A stretch of 64,000 nucleotides of DNA from Schizochytrium sp. TIO01 (GCA_004764695.1 SMSO01000006.1:573859-637858), one strand, 5' to 3'; positions 33,654 to 45,074 are shown, numbered from the stretch's first letter. Translations and numbers: made by a program. Notes: generated by a model from the letters alone, not told the origin.

Positions 33654-35231
33654 ATGAGCGAAGTCTCTGCAGAGACGATCGTGAACAAGTTACGAGCGCT
33701 GGGCTGGCGCGACTACGGTGAGGACAATGATAACCCCGATGGATCTTCTGCTGGAAACCATGATAGACTGGAGCCCATGGATTTGGGTTTCTGGGTTGAT
33801 AATGCCCGTAAGCCAATCGCAGGATTTATGCACTGGTTTTGCCACGCACTTGGACCCGAGCATTCCATTCGCTGCACACTCACGCCAGAGGAGCGGGCAG
33901 CGCTTGAAAATGCTCGACAAAATGGCCAGGAACTCTTGTCAGGACGAGAATTGGACTTTGCTCTTGAGAGCTTACACAGTGAAAATGACAACTTTGATCT
34001 TAATCATGCAGAGAGGGGCTCCAAGACTTTCACATCCTTGAAAAATTCTTCTTTTGCAGCAGTAGCAAACACAAATTCTGCAAAAGAAACATCGGATGAG
34101 GCTTCAAAAGAGGTACAACAACAACGTATTGCACGGCTGCATCGCCGCAAGCAAATGGTAGAAAATATGCTTGCCGAAAAGAGACGGATGAACGCAGAAG
34201 CAAAATTACGCCAAGATTGTGCTAAGAATCGACGAGACCGCGCAGAACAGCAAGCTGGCCAGGTTAACGTTGCAATCAACCGGGAACTTGCATGCCTCCA
34301 GCAATCCATTAATGCCACAGTTCAGGACCTCAGAGGCACAGAACACGGCCCTCACCTATTCCAGGGCTTTAATCAAGCGCGTCGACGAACGGAGCTCTAT
34401 AAAATGCTTGATGCTAAACTTTTATCCTCAGTGGAGGATAAGGCACGTGAACTCGTGCGTTCTGCAATTGGCGACACGCAAGAAACTAATCAAGAAGCCT
34501 TGGAGGATTTTAAACAAAAGTATTCGCAAGCTCGATATGCGCAAGCTCTGGAAAGGATTGAGATCGCATCTCTTCGTGCCCAAATCGAAGACCGGGCCGC
34601 AGCCAGCCACATCTCTTCCGAGTCACTTGCAAAGGCCTTGAGACATCTGCGCGAGCTTTCTGAATCTCTCGGACGTGCCGTAGCGGATTCTCAAATGTCG
34701 AAGGGAGTGGCAGATTGGGATATGTTAGAATCTAGTGCTATTGGTGCTGAAGCCTGTTTGCGCCTTCTGGAGGTTTATCAAGACTCCATGGCTCGACTAA
34801 ATGAGCAGCTTGTTTATGAACAAAAGAAAATTCGTGAAAAATCTATTGCCACGCAACATATTTCTGATTCGGCAAAACACATCGAATTTGACCCAAATGT
34901 TGCCTTCAAGGACCCCGCATCTTGTACAACAGTGTCTGATATCCAGGTACCTCCACGAACTTATTTTCTCCCCACCATCAAAGAGCCCAAAGAACTCACT
35001 GGCATGTTTGAACGTGTCCAAACTGAAACTGATGAACTGTTTAAAATGGAAGAGCAGCTTGCAACATTGTCGGACAAGATCTCAGCACAGCTCTTAGAGA
35101 TTGATCGTCAGAGCGATGATGCTCAAACCCGAGCTGTGCATATTCGGCAGCGCCTTGCCACTTTGCAGGCGTCGGCATTGCCACCAGACCGTGATGCATG
35201 GATCACACATCAACTCTTGTCTGGGCAGTGA
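33654..35231 (+). CDS. HAUS3: Augmin/HAUS complex subunit 3-like
   Basis: The N-terminus LRALGW...LEPMDLGFW...FMHWFC...LTPEERAALENARQNGQELLSGRELDFAL parallels HAUS3 (LKKIGY..LNGEDFDW..FLKWFC..LSERELEAF..SGKPILEGAALDEAL). The remainder is coiled coil. Confidence 0.75.
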   Translation: MSEVSAETIVNKLRALGWRDYGEDNDNPDGSSAGNHDRLEPMDLGFWVDNARKPIAGFMHWFCHALGPEHSIRCTLTPEERAALENARQNGQELLSGRELDFALESLHSENDNFDLNHAERGSKTFTSLKNSSFAAVANTNSAKETSDEASKEVQQQRIARLHRRKQMVENMLAEKRRMNAEAKLRQDCAKNRRDRAEQQAGQVNVAINRELACLQQSINATVQDLRGTEHGPHLFQGFNQARRRTELYKMLDAKLLSSVEDKARELVRSAIGDTQETNQEALEDFKQKYSQARYAQALERIEIASLRAQIEDRAAASHISSESLAKALRHLRELSESLGRAVADSQMSKGVADWDMLESSAIGAEACLRLLEVYQDSMARLNEQLVYEQKKIREKSIATQHISDSAKHIEFDPNVAFKDPASCTTVSDIQVPPRTYFLPTIKEPKELTGMFERVQTETDELFKMEEQLATLSDKISAQLLEIDRQSDDAQTRAVHIRQRLATLQASALPPDRDAWITHQLLSGQ

Positions 35232-36518
35232 AGTAAAAACTAATTAACGCTTTCCCCCAAGCGCTACTCTTGACTTATATTAGATGTATAATTTGCGAAG
35301 TATGGGGTAGGAAGTCATGTCCGATATGCCAGATAGCGGGCTTGAATTAAACCTGTAACATCCCAGCATAGCTTCTTTGCAAGACTCCATCTGTATCGTC
35401 TTCTGATGACGAGTACTACAGTTACAGGCAGTATATGCTACCAAGAACTATGCAAGCTAGTCATTCATTTCTGAGCTTTTTGCCAACAGCCAAGAAACTT
35501 GTGGGCAGTTCGACAAGACACAAAATATCGTAAGCCGCATCAAAAGGAAAGTATTTTTGTTTGTTTTTTAGGTAATTGATTCCCTCGAAAGGTGCCTATG
35601 CATGATGATTCTCCTTGTTTCTTTGTTTCGTCCTCTGAAAAGATAAGTCTCTGAATTCATAAGATTAAGAATTGAAAAACGTTTAAATCTTAACAAGGTA
35701 AATTAAAAACTTCAGCTATGATTTTGTGAATGACCTAGAATGCTTACCTTCCTTTTGCATTTAAGAATTTTACATCTGGGTGACTGTACGCAAGGAACAA
35801 AACAAAAAAGCAGTGTGTGGTGAACAAAAACAGATTGTTCAGGTTATATTCACGAGACTACAATATTAAAACTTGCTGCAAGCCATTTTTAAAATATCAA
35901 ATCAACTAGGACCTAAGTCTAGAATTACGAGCTCAACATATTTCTCTAAAATGCAAGTAATGAAGGAGAGGGTTTCTACTAGTATTCTCCATCGTTGAAG
36001 AAGCAAGGCTACAATGATGGCTTCAGTATACGATCTAAAAAATAAAAAGGAAAAAGACCTCTAGGGGTAATAGAAGCAACACCTTGAGGGAAATGAGATC
36101 AAGGATTTATCTCGGATACGTCAGCATGGAACTATACGCATACGACCAAGGTGGATTTGGGGTTTCAAGACAAGAGAACTTATTGATAGTAAGTGTAGGG
36201 AAGTCTTACGAAAGATGTTGCACACGCGCATCTAGGCGCAAATGATGCTTTAAAAGTCAATCTGGTGTGCTGAAGCTACCACCACGTCTTATGGATTCCC
36301 TCGAAACATCATTCATACGGATTGCATGTTGACATTCAACTGCCAAAGGCTGTCCACCTAAACGCGAACAGGTAGATCACATCTACCTAGTTGATGGGAT
36401 TTGTCAAAGCGAGAGAGGATAAGACATGGTTTGCAAAAGTTAATGTGCAAGGTGGCTGCAACATCACCCGATCATGATACTGATAGAGTTGATTGAAAAG
36501 GAAGCAGAAAATGAAAGA

Positions 36519-37028
36519 TTACTTGGTGTCCTTGAAGTACTCCTCCTTCTTGATCTCCTCCTTGATCTCGGCATCAAGGGCAGGGTAGGCCTTGGCGACC
36601 TCCTCGAAGGTGGTGTCCTCGGTGGTGCGGGTGCCCTCGAGCTTGGCAAGGTAGGCCTCGAGCTCAGCGACGCGCTTCTTGGACTTCTCCATCTCGGAGG
36701 AGGCGCTCTCAACAACACTCTTCAGGGTTGCCTCGATCTCACCGGCCATCTTGTCCTCGTACTCGGGGTAGGAGATGTTCTTGTACTCCTTCTCCATCTC
36801 GGCAACGAGGTCTTTGCTCATCTTAGCGGACTTCTTGTAGGACTCCCAGTCGATGGGCTCGACGGGCTTGCTGGCAGCCTCAGCCTGCTTCTTGTAGTCC
36901 TCAAAGAGGCCACGGAGCTGGGAGAGCTCAGACTTGGCAGAGGGGGACTTGAGCTTGGACGCCATCTTGGCGAAGTCGAAGCTGCGAGCGGCAAACTGCC
37001 GGCTCACGACACCGGTGCGGCCGAGCAT
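36519..37028 (-). CDS. ATP5PD: Mitochondrial F1Fo ATP synthase subunit d
   Basis: RSFDFAKMA...PVEPIDWESYKK...YPALDAEIKEEI pattern; very strong codon bias typical of a highly expressed gene. ATG at 37028 is preceded by TTTTCTAG-CACA. Confidence 0.9.
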   Translation of the reverse strand: MLGRTGVVSRQFAARSFDFAKMASKLKSPSAKSELSQLRGLFEDYKKQAEAASKPVEPIDWESYKKSAKMSKDLVAEMEKEYKNISYPEYEDKMAGEIEATLKSVVESASSEMEKSKKRVAELEAYLAKLEGTRTTEDTTFEEVAKAYPALDAEIKEEIKKEEYFKDTK

Positions 37029-38173
37029 TGTGCTAGAAAATTTGCTTTGCGTCAACAAAAAGTCCTAACTATATTTCACAACCGCCATTGTCAGATTCGC
37101 CGTGCACAAGTGTATTGATTCATCCATTGATCAATGCGTCAGCAACCCGCATGTCGGATAATCCACACCACATCACACGCAGCAATGACCCAGTAGTACC
37201 CGATGCACAATGAAACCAATTGACAGATCGCCCCATGCAATTGTTTGAGCAAACGCCACGTTGGAAGACAACATTATGACCCCCATGAACGAAACGAAAA
37301 GCCAACGAACAGCAAAGTAAACGCGAAAAGTAGAAGATCCCCATCCCCACACGATAGATGATCCATCAATCAATCGTACGCACGAGCGAGCGAGAAAAAG
37401 CCACAAGCAATACCATCATCCATCGCAGAATTGCCGAGCGCACCGCAACCAAACGACAAGACGAGACGAAGAAAAAAAGTTACCCATAGAATAAACCGTA
37501 GTTAAGCCATAAGACATCGCCCAGAGCAAATCGAGACCAGAGTTGCGACCGCCGCAAGAAGATATATAATAAATATAACACAGATCAATCAGCCAGATGT
37601 CCAAGCCAGCACAGCAAATATAACAAGCAGTTCACTGCCGTCAGTCATCCCATCCTCTAATGCCATCACATGCCAGACGCCCGCAGCCACGCACCAGCTT
37701 CACGCTGCGCTATATAAAACCCCTGTATTTCCCATATATTTGCTCAGTGAAAGAGTGCTTTTAAAAACACGAGGCCGCCGGATCGCCATCCATCGTCGCC
37801 ATGATCGCCATCAGCGGCCGCGCCGGACCCCGACCGGCCTCACGTCCAGGTCCAGGGTCCATTACCCCCCTCTCACCGCCCCACCGTCGTCCGACGGGGC
37901 CTCCCGCCCGCCGCACCCGCCGCCCGAGCGCTACCTACCGTCGCGAGAGAGCTCTCGTTGCAAGCTTGCGAAGCGCTTCGAGCGATGCAGTGGCAGAGAT
38001 AAGCGGCGCAGGGGTAGGGAACAAGGGGAACTAAAACCAGAGCAAATAGCCCCATGATAGCCCCCTCCAAGCGGTGCCCTTAGTTCCCGTGTCGCAGACG
38101 AGGGGGGTACTCTTGGAGATGCCGGGCTGCTTGTGCGGTGTTGGTGGGCAGCAGCAAGCTGGCAGCGCAGGCC

Positions 38174-38351
38174 AGGTTAGGTTAGGTTAGGGTTGGGTTA
38201 GGTTGGGAGGGGGGCAGGGAGGGGAGGGAGAGCAGGCGGGAAGGCGGGCAAGCAGGGTGGAGGGGGGCATTGTGCGAGAACGAGAGGCGAGGGAGCGAGG
38301 GGTAGTTAAGGGTAGGAAGGGACTAGGATGGGCTAGGGGCTAGGAGGGTTA
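38174..38351 (+). promoter_or_regulatory. G-rich tract (G-quadruplex potential) with TTAGG-type units in the divergent ATP-d/MSH3 intergenic region
   Basis: Many G3+ runs; begins AGGTTAGGTTAGGTTAGGGTTGGGTTAGGTTGGG. A regulatory role is inferred. Confidence 0.5.
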
Positions 38352-38714
38352 GTGTAGACGTGAGATGCACATTCTCGGGTACGCACTCCTAGGATAGCTT
38401 ATCTTATCATATCTTATCATATCTTATCTTATCTCATCTTATCTTATCTTATTTTATCTCAGTCTTAGATATTGTAAGGTAGTAAGAGATGGATAGGCAG
38501 TCAGTGCCGTAGGTGAAGGTAGAGCAGAGTAGAGAATGTAATGCAAAGCCATGTCGATGTAGTGTGGACTACTAAATGAATGCAGAGAGAATGAAGAGCG
38601 CAGCAGCTGAAAGATATTGGTTGCATTGCCTAGCTAGCTAGGTACACTAACTAACTACCTACCTACGTACCTACTAGAGGGCTGTGAACGAGTGCTGGAG
38701 CACCCATGTGCACG

Positions 38715-38819
38715 TACATACATACATACATACATACATACATACATACATACATACATACATACATACATACATACATACATACATACATACATACATA
38801 CATACATACATACATACAT
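38715..38819. repeat. (TACA)26 microsatellite
   Basis: Direct reading; longest perfect tract noticed in the window. Confidence 0.97.
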
Positions 38820-39511
38820 TCAAAGCTTGGTGAACCAGGATCATCCGTCTGCGGTTGTATCCAACAGTGGTGTTACTTTCTTTTGGGTAAGACGTATGTA
38901 ACTTTGGTGGAACGTGAGAAATGGGGTGTGTTATGATGGGGGTCTAGCTTGAAGCTTTTTTGGTGCAGAAGCTGGACCTGAAGATATAGACATCCTATGG
39001 CGTGAGACGTGATGCAAGTGCCACTGGGATATCATGTGCTTGAAAAAGATGAAGATGTCGAGAAAGCAAAAGAAGCAGAGGGGGGTGAATGGCATCATGG
39101 ATTTAATTATGATTTATGTTTGTATGAATGACGATAGGGGAGTTTATCTACATGTAAATGGCACTGATCGTTTGATCAGGTTGGACGAAGAAGAGATGAA
39201 TGACTTGGGTGAAAATGAAGATAAGAAACACTGACAAACGTTTTACAATATGCAGCGGTTGCTACTGCCAAAGGGTACAGAGGAGCTTGAGGTGCTTTGG
39301 AGTGAACAAAGGTTATGCGCATCGATGCACATAGGCATTCATGCATTCATGCATATTAGGATTTCCTCTAAAATATATAAGAAGCTTGGTGACTTTAACT
39401 AAATATAAAAAGAGGAAGGCAGTCTTAGCTTTTCGGGTAATTCACAGGTAGATTTAAGGTAAATATTGTTAGGGTAGTAGAAGGTACCTACAAAGCACGA
39501 ACTTGAGAACC

Positions 39512-42500
39512 ATGGCGCAAAGCAAGCGCCCACGAGGCAACCAAGGGGAAGGGGATGCTACTCAGACCTCAGCAGCGCCAAAGCGCCGCGTTATCCCAAA
39601 ACTCGGCACAGGCCAACAGGTTCTTTCAAAGTACTTTGGCAAAGCCGCCCCCACCTCTGCGACGCCATCGGCATCAGCGACCAGTTCAACCACGGCGAGT
39701 GGTAGCGGCGTTAGTCCCATCCCTATGTCAAACACCAAGAGCGCCGCTAAGCAAGATTCGACTACGAAGAAGACTTCCGAGACGAGCAAAAAGGCAAATG
39801 CAAGTAAACCTAAGGTGCAGATAAAAGGCAGGGGAAACTCGATACAGAACAAAAAGACCAAAACAAAAGATTTGTCAGCAGTGCTATCGCTTGTATCGTC
39901 TGATGAAGAAGATAGTCAATCAATTGGTAATAGCATCGCCAAAGATGATGATAAGGACAATTCCAGAATAGTGAAACCCGCAGGGGAGTCCCGTACTACA
40001 ATCGCAACGGTGAGTGCTCTGAATCAAGAATACTCCCAAATGGAAACCACGGAACCAGTACGCAAATCAAAACAAATGGTTGAAATTGAGACATCAGAGT
40101 CCCTGTCTACAAAACATGTAGAAAGCAATGCGACTGGAAAAATTTCAAGCTCTACGCTCGCCAGCCGGCTTCATGCAATTGACGCAGCTACTGACCAGGG
40201 AGGCAACAATGATGTTGACGAAGATAACAGTGATGAGGAAGAAGCAGCCGCAGCAGATCTGCAAATGCAGAACGGTCAACCTAAACTCACTCCCTTAGAG
40301 AAACAGTGGAAAGACCTGAAGGACGAATATCCGGATGTTCTTCTCTGCGTAGAATGTGGTTACAAGTACAGGCTTTTTCAAGAAGACGCCAAAATCGCTT
40401 CCCAGGTTCTTAGCATAGCTGCATTTCCAAGGCATGCTTTTCTCACAGCGAGCTTTCCTGTTCACCGACTCCACGTTCACGTGCGTCGTCTTGTAGAGTC
40501 TGGATACCTTGTAGGTATTGTTACCCAAACGGAGACTGCAGCTCTTAAAAAACAGTCATCGACGCGCAGTAAACTCTTCACTCGAGAACTTTCTGCTTTG
40601 TACTCTCGCGCAACTCTGTTACCAGATGCAATGCTAGATGTTGTTCCATCAGTACAAGGACCCGGTTCAAAAGGTTTTACTGGTTCTAATGCTGGAACGG
40701 GGGGCGAAAGCAATAAAAAACAGAACCTTTTGTCTTCTGGCTGGGTGAAGAAAAATGCAAATAAAAAATCTTCTAAATCAGATAATGTTGACGAGGAAGA
40801 GAACGCCGACGAGGATAATAATGAGGAAGGATTTAACGAAGAAGACACTGAACAAGATTTGGCTTTGGATATGGTTGCCGAAAACAATATTCAGGAAGAA
40901 GAAGAGCGTTATATCCTTGCAATTTGGGAGCTCGATGTTAGTGCTACAAAACCAGTGCTTGACATAAAGCAAGGCTGGGCTCTTGGAGAGCCCCGCCCAG
41001 AAGCAACAAATGTCACCTTGGGCTTGTTCGCTGTTGACATTCGCAGTGGAACCCTTGTTTATGAAGCTTTTATTGATGATGCTGAAAGAACCACATTGAT
41101 TGAGAAACTTGAGCACCTTGACCCATATGAATATATTCTAGCCGGTCCAACAATGTCACGAACCACAGAAGAAGCAATCATTCGTAAAGCACAGCCCGTC
41201 GAGCGTAAAAGGCGTATCGACCGTGTTCAGTTCTCTCAACTCACATCGCCGGAAACTTACCTCAGGCAAATTTACACCGGAGATACTTTGAAGCTCGTGC
41301 AAACCCAGCTTCCATTGGTCTTGCAAGCAGCTCTGGCATGTTTGATTCACTATCTGGAGCCTTTCAAGTTGCAGCGGGTCCTTCGTGATGCAAGCTCCTT
41401 TGTGAAAGACCTTGCGTCGCGCCCTGCTGCTGTATTCAAGGGAAATGATCAAAATTCCACACCTCATTCACAACCACAAACACTCGCGGCAAGGCAGTAC
41501 ATGCATCTAGACCCAAGCGCGCTACATGACCTGGAAATTATTGCAGGGCGAGGCGGACCTACGTATTCTCTTGTATCTTTTTTAAGCCGGCATGCTCTTA
41601 CTCCCATGGGTAGTCGCCTCTTGAAACGCTGGATCCTTCAACCTTTGCTTGAGGTCAATCTTATTAAAGAACGTCAGGAAGCCATTGCTGCTCTCTCGCA
41701 CGAGTCTTCCAATTTTTCTCCCCTGATCGCAGCATTGCGACAGCTAAAGCGGTTCGACATTGAACGGAACCTCGAGCAAGTTGTACATGCACGCTGCAGC
41801 CCTGCCAACTTTCTAAGGCTTCTCGACAATATATGCGAACTCACCAAGGTTTTATCAAGCACGATCACCACCTCAAGAATTAAATCAGATCACGCACTCT
41901 ATGCTATCTTGCAAAGTGCTGGGGCGGGAAGCATTGGTGCCAAGCTTGGAGATCTCGTGGCAGGTCTAAATCGAGATGAATGTTCGGCGAACAACCTTGG
42001 CAAAATGTTTGCGAATAAGTTTGCTTACCCAGACATCTTCCATGTCAAATTTGAAATCGAGAATCTGCATGACAGATTTGATCAAGAACTCGAGAAAATT
42101 CGCGATGTCCTCAAAAAGCCCAAATTGCAGTATCGAACACTTCGAACAGGCTTCTCTGCATCCCTGGAGTATCTCATCGAACTTCCTAAAGCTGAAGCAG
42201 TCCCGCGAGACTGGAACGAGGTTTCTTCAACACAACGAGTATCTCGCTATGTAACGCCAACTATTGAAGATCTTCTTGATCAGCTGGCTCGCCGCAGAGA
42301 GGAACTCGAGGCAGTTGCCAAATCAACTTGGAAGAAACTTCTTGAGGAATTTTCTGATCAATATCGAGGTACTTTACGAGATTTTGCGCATGTCATTGCA
42401 CAAATTGATGCTCTGTTTGCTCTTTCTAAGATCTCTGAGCTTCCTGGATTCGTTTTGCCGAACATCGAAGTCGGTGGTGCAAACGGTGGTGCTTTTATTT

Positions 42501-43213
42501 TTGCTCAAAGAGCTCGTCATCCTCTTTTAGATATGCTTTCAGTTTCACATACTGATTGTGTACCCAATGACTTGGCTCTTGGTGATGCCCCTTCGGACCT
42601 TGTTGACCTTGAAGATGTTGATATGACACGAGTCATGCTTGTCACTGGTCCGAATATGGGAGGAAAATCAAGTTACACACGCACTGCAGCTGTATGCATT
42701 ATTCTTTCACAAATTGGGGCACACGTCCCTGCAGAGTCATGTCGTGTAGGCGTTTTTGACGCTATTCGGGTGCGTATGGGTGTTCGTGAGGATCCAGGTC
42801 AAGGCATGAGCACATTCATGGTCGAAATGCGCCAAGCTGCCACCATTTTCAATCAGGCTACCTCTCGAACTTTGTGCATTCTCGATGAGCTAGGTCGTGG
42901 TACATCTACATTCGATGGTACAGCTATTGCGCTCGCTTCGTTAAGATACATTTGTGGGAAAATGAAAGCACCGTGCCTTTTTATTACTCATTACACGCAG
43001 CTAGGTACTCTATTAGATGAGTTTCCTCGCAGCACCCTTGCGGCGATGCATATGGCATATCATGAGACTGAAGATGGTAAGCTTGTCTTCTTGTACCAAG
43101 CCACCTCGGGTCTCGCTTCGCAGTCATATGGTCTTCACGTCGCTCATCTCGCGGGTCTTCCAGAGCGTGTCATTGCCGCTGCAAGAGACATCAAGCGCAC
43201 AAGAGAAACATAG
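39512..43213 (+). CDS. MSH3: DNA mismatch repair protein MSH3
   Basis: MSH3-specific TPLEKQ..VLLCVECGYKY (K in place of the MSH6/MutS F); PIP box QQVLSKYF; Walker A TGPNMGGKSSY; STFMVEM, LDELGRGTSTFDG, FITHY, SYGLHVA. ATG at 39512. Confidence 0.96.
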   Translation: MAQSKRPRGNQGEGDATQTSAAPKRRVIPKLGTGQQVLSKYFGKAAPTSATPSASATSSTTASGSGVSPIPMSNTKSAAKQDSTTKKTSETSKKANASKPKVQIKGRGNSIQNKKTKTKDLSAVLSLVSSDEEDSQSIGNSIAKDDDKDNSRIVKPAGESRTTIATVSALNQEYSQMETTEPVRKSKQMVEIETSESLSTKHVESNATGKISSSTLASRLHAIDAATDQGGNNDVDEDNSDEEEAAAADLQMQNGQPKLTPLEKQWKDLKDEYPDVLLCVECGYKYRLFQEDAKIASQVLSIAAFPRHAFLTASFPVHRLHVHVRRLVESGYLVGIVTQTETAALKKQSSTRSKLFTRELSALYSRATLLPDAMLDVVPSVQGPGSKGFTGSNAGTGGESNKKQNLLSSGWVKKNANKKSSKSDNVDEEENADEDNNEEGFNEEDTEQDLALDMVAENNIQEEEERYILAIWELDVSATKPVLDIKQGWALGEPRPEATNVTLGLFAVDIRSGTLVYEAFIDDAERTTLIEKLEHLDPYEYILAGPTMSRTTEEAIIRKAQPVERKRRIDRVQFSQLTSPETYLRQIYTGDTLKLVQTQLPLVLQAALACLIHYLEPFKLQRVLRDASSFVKDLASRPAAVFKGNDQNSTPHSQPQTLAARQYMHLDPSALHDLEIIAGRGGPTYSLVSFLSRHALTPMGSRLLKRWILQPLLEVNLIKERQEAIAALSHESSNFSPLIAALRQLKRFDIERNLEQVVHARCSPANFLRLLDNICELTKVLSSTITTSRIKSDHALYAILQSAGAGSIGAKLGDLVAGLNRDECSANNLGKMFANKFAYPDIFHVKFEIENLHDRFDQELEKIRDVLKKPKLQYRTLRTGFSASLEYLIELPKAEAVPRDWNEVSSTQRVSRYVTPTIEDLLDQLARRREELEAVAKSTWKKLLEEFSDQYRGTLRDFAHVIAQIDALFALSKISELPGFVLPNIEVGGANGGAFIFAQRARHPLLDMLSVSHTDCVPNDLALGDAPSDLVDLEDVDMTRVMLVTGPNMGGKSSYTRTAAVCIILSQIGAHVPAESCRVGVFDAIRVRMGVREDPGQGMSTFMVEMRQAATIFNQATSRTLCILDELGRGTSTFDGTAIALASLRYICGKMKAPCLFITHYTQLGTLLDEFPRSTLAAMHMAYHETEDGKLVFLYQATSGLASQSYGLHVAHLAGLPERVIAAARDIKRTRET

Positions 43214-43594
43214 TCACCCAAGCAAAGCTTTCATTCCGTATCTCTTTCACTGCTTTTGCTTGCTGTAGAGAATGAAATATTTATGAAACGTCCTAACTAT
43301 CTTTATGATAGACCTTACAACTCTTACTATGTACTGAAAGAAATTCATTTAATTGTTGCATATTTATAAAATGGCATCTTGCATCATTTAGTGAGTTCAC
43401 TTATGAAGGATATAAAGTTCCATTAAAAAATCTTGATAGAACATATTCGACAACTTCCCTGGCTAGCAGCTTTGCGACAGCGGTGTCTCAGGGCAATTTT
43501 TCTTACAATACAAATACTACTTTGCCATTTCTCTCTCACTATTTTCGTGATCTGGGGAGTATGTCTTGATTAATCTAATTATTTTGTGGTAAAG

Positions 43595-45074
43595 CTAGCA
43601 ACAAGACCAGTACCGGTTTTCCCACATGTTATTCCAAACATCCTCTGAGTCGCGATCAATGAAACTGTTTTCTCCACAATCATTTAAAGCAGCACGAATG
43701 TTAATTTTTCTGAGACTATTCGCATGTTGTTAGAAAGTATTTTATACCTTGTTATAGAACTTACGTCGCACGAGCCCATGCTCGAGGTCTCCACTGGTCA
43801 GTTGCTACACAAAAGAGCTTGATGCCATCAAGAATGCAAAAGCGGCGAACATTGAAGGACAGTCCGCGGCTGAAAGGCAAATCAAAGTCACGGGTTCCCT
43901 CTAGATAGGAAATTCGGTCTGCATTCATAAATTCATAGGTTGTCATAGCGGCACAAGCTAAGAAACTGTGAAAGACTAACAAAGTACCGGTAGCAATGAG
44001 GAGGACAAGGACTATAATAAACATGACGAGCGCATGCGTATTGTAATCGAGCCATTCGCCAACCTCGGCCTTGGTGTCACGAAATCCAGAGTGCACCACG
44101 CAAAAGAAGTGAATAAGCCCAATGGTATGAATAAGCAAGAACCACCAAAACCTACAATGGTTCTTCTCACCAATGCAAGTACCAATTACGCCGCAGTAGT
44201 GGTCGAAAGTTGCAACATAGCATTGAGAATTACGGCAATACTTTGCGCGGGGTGGAACGCGAGATCGTGACACATGGCCAAGCGCTTCATCATACGCCTC
44301 GTCAGGTTCCATGTCAAGTTCGAAATCATCTGAAACGTCACTTTGAGCATCGTCATCACCTTCAAAATCATCGTCACGGGTACCGCGGGTACCAGTGCTC
44401 TGTGCCCAAGTGCTGTTGTCTCCAGAAATGCGAATAGTTTCAACCCATTTCGCCCCCCCGTCCTTGGCATTGGCATTGGCATTGTCACTCTCATTAAGCT
44501 TATGAGCAGCGTTTTCTCCGCTGTTTTGTTTGATTCTTGAGGCCTGAGCTCTTTCATTAAGTTCGGTTCTTTTCGAAGGTCCTAAACCAATAGTTATCTG
44601 ATGTTCAGATGCGCTTCGAGGAGAACTAGAGCTAAGGTCATGGTCTGGAATTGACAATTCTACAGTTTGCAAACCAGTGTTACCTGCTGTGCGTGGCTGC
44701 CCTGCAGAGCTGATGAGGTTTGCTCCATCAAGGCTTATGTACCCAGGATTAGAACCTTGCACCATAAGAAATGTGACTAACGCAAAGAAAAGCAGAAAAC
44801 TTAGGCTTACAATTTCCTGATGGCTTAGCCCTCCATCCGAATCCAACACATAAGTTCGCGGCGTGGTAAAAACCGCAGCACAAAGCCCTGCAACGCCTAT
44901 AGCATACGCTATACGAAAGTACTTTCTCGCTTGTTGGATGCGCTTTGGCACTCCGATCGCGGTGGCAGCTCTTACCGGTGTCTGAGGTTTCTCAAGTTCA
45001 TCTACACTCGTATGGACTTGCAAACCATGAGTCCGAGGAAATACCACCCGAGACACTGCTGGCGAGGTCGGCAT
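43595..45074 (-). CDS. DHHC-family palmitoyltransferase (DHYC variant); exons 45074-43765 and 43664-43595
   Basis: Four TM helices, NPG, FDHYCGVIGTCIGEKNH, TTYE, PFSRG. Splicing a 100-nt intron adds FIDRDSEDVWNNMWENRYWSCC*. Confidence 0.92.
43665..43764 (-). other. Spliceosomal intron (100 nt, phase 2)
   Basis: AC|GTAAGT ... AAACAG|T; splicing restores a 22-codon protein-like C-terminus. Confidence 0.85.

Noticed and set aside
35403-35655. Box C/D-like words (CTGATGA..CTGA; ATGATGA..CTGA) as snoRNA or hammerhead ribozyme
   Set aside because: No terminal stem, C' box or recognisable rRNA guide; no stem II plus GAAA for a hammerhead.
36474-37118. 214-aa Leu-rich plus-strand ORF
   Set aside because: Antisense shadow of ATP synthase d; GAG/AAG codons read as Leu on the opposite strand.
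38174-38210. TTAGG units as a true telomere
   Set aside because: Only a few degenerate units, flanked by genes on both sides.
6387-43213. FANCF, PUR, HAUS3 and MSH3 as a genome-maintenance cluster
   Set aside because: Spread over 37 kb with unrelated genes between them and no shared motif; chance adjacency is sufficient.
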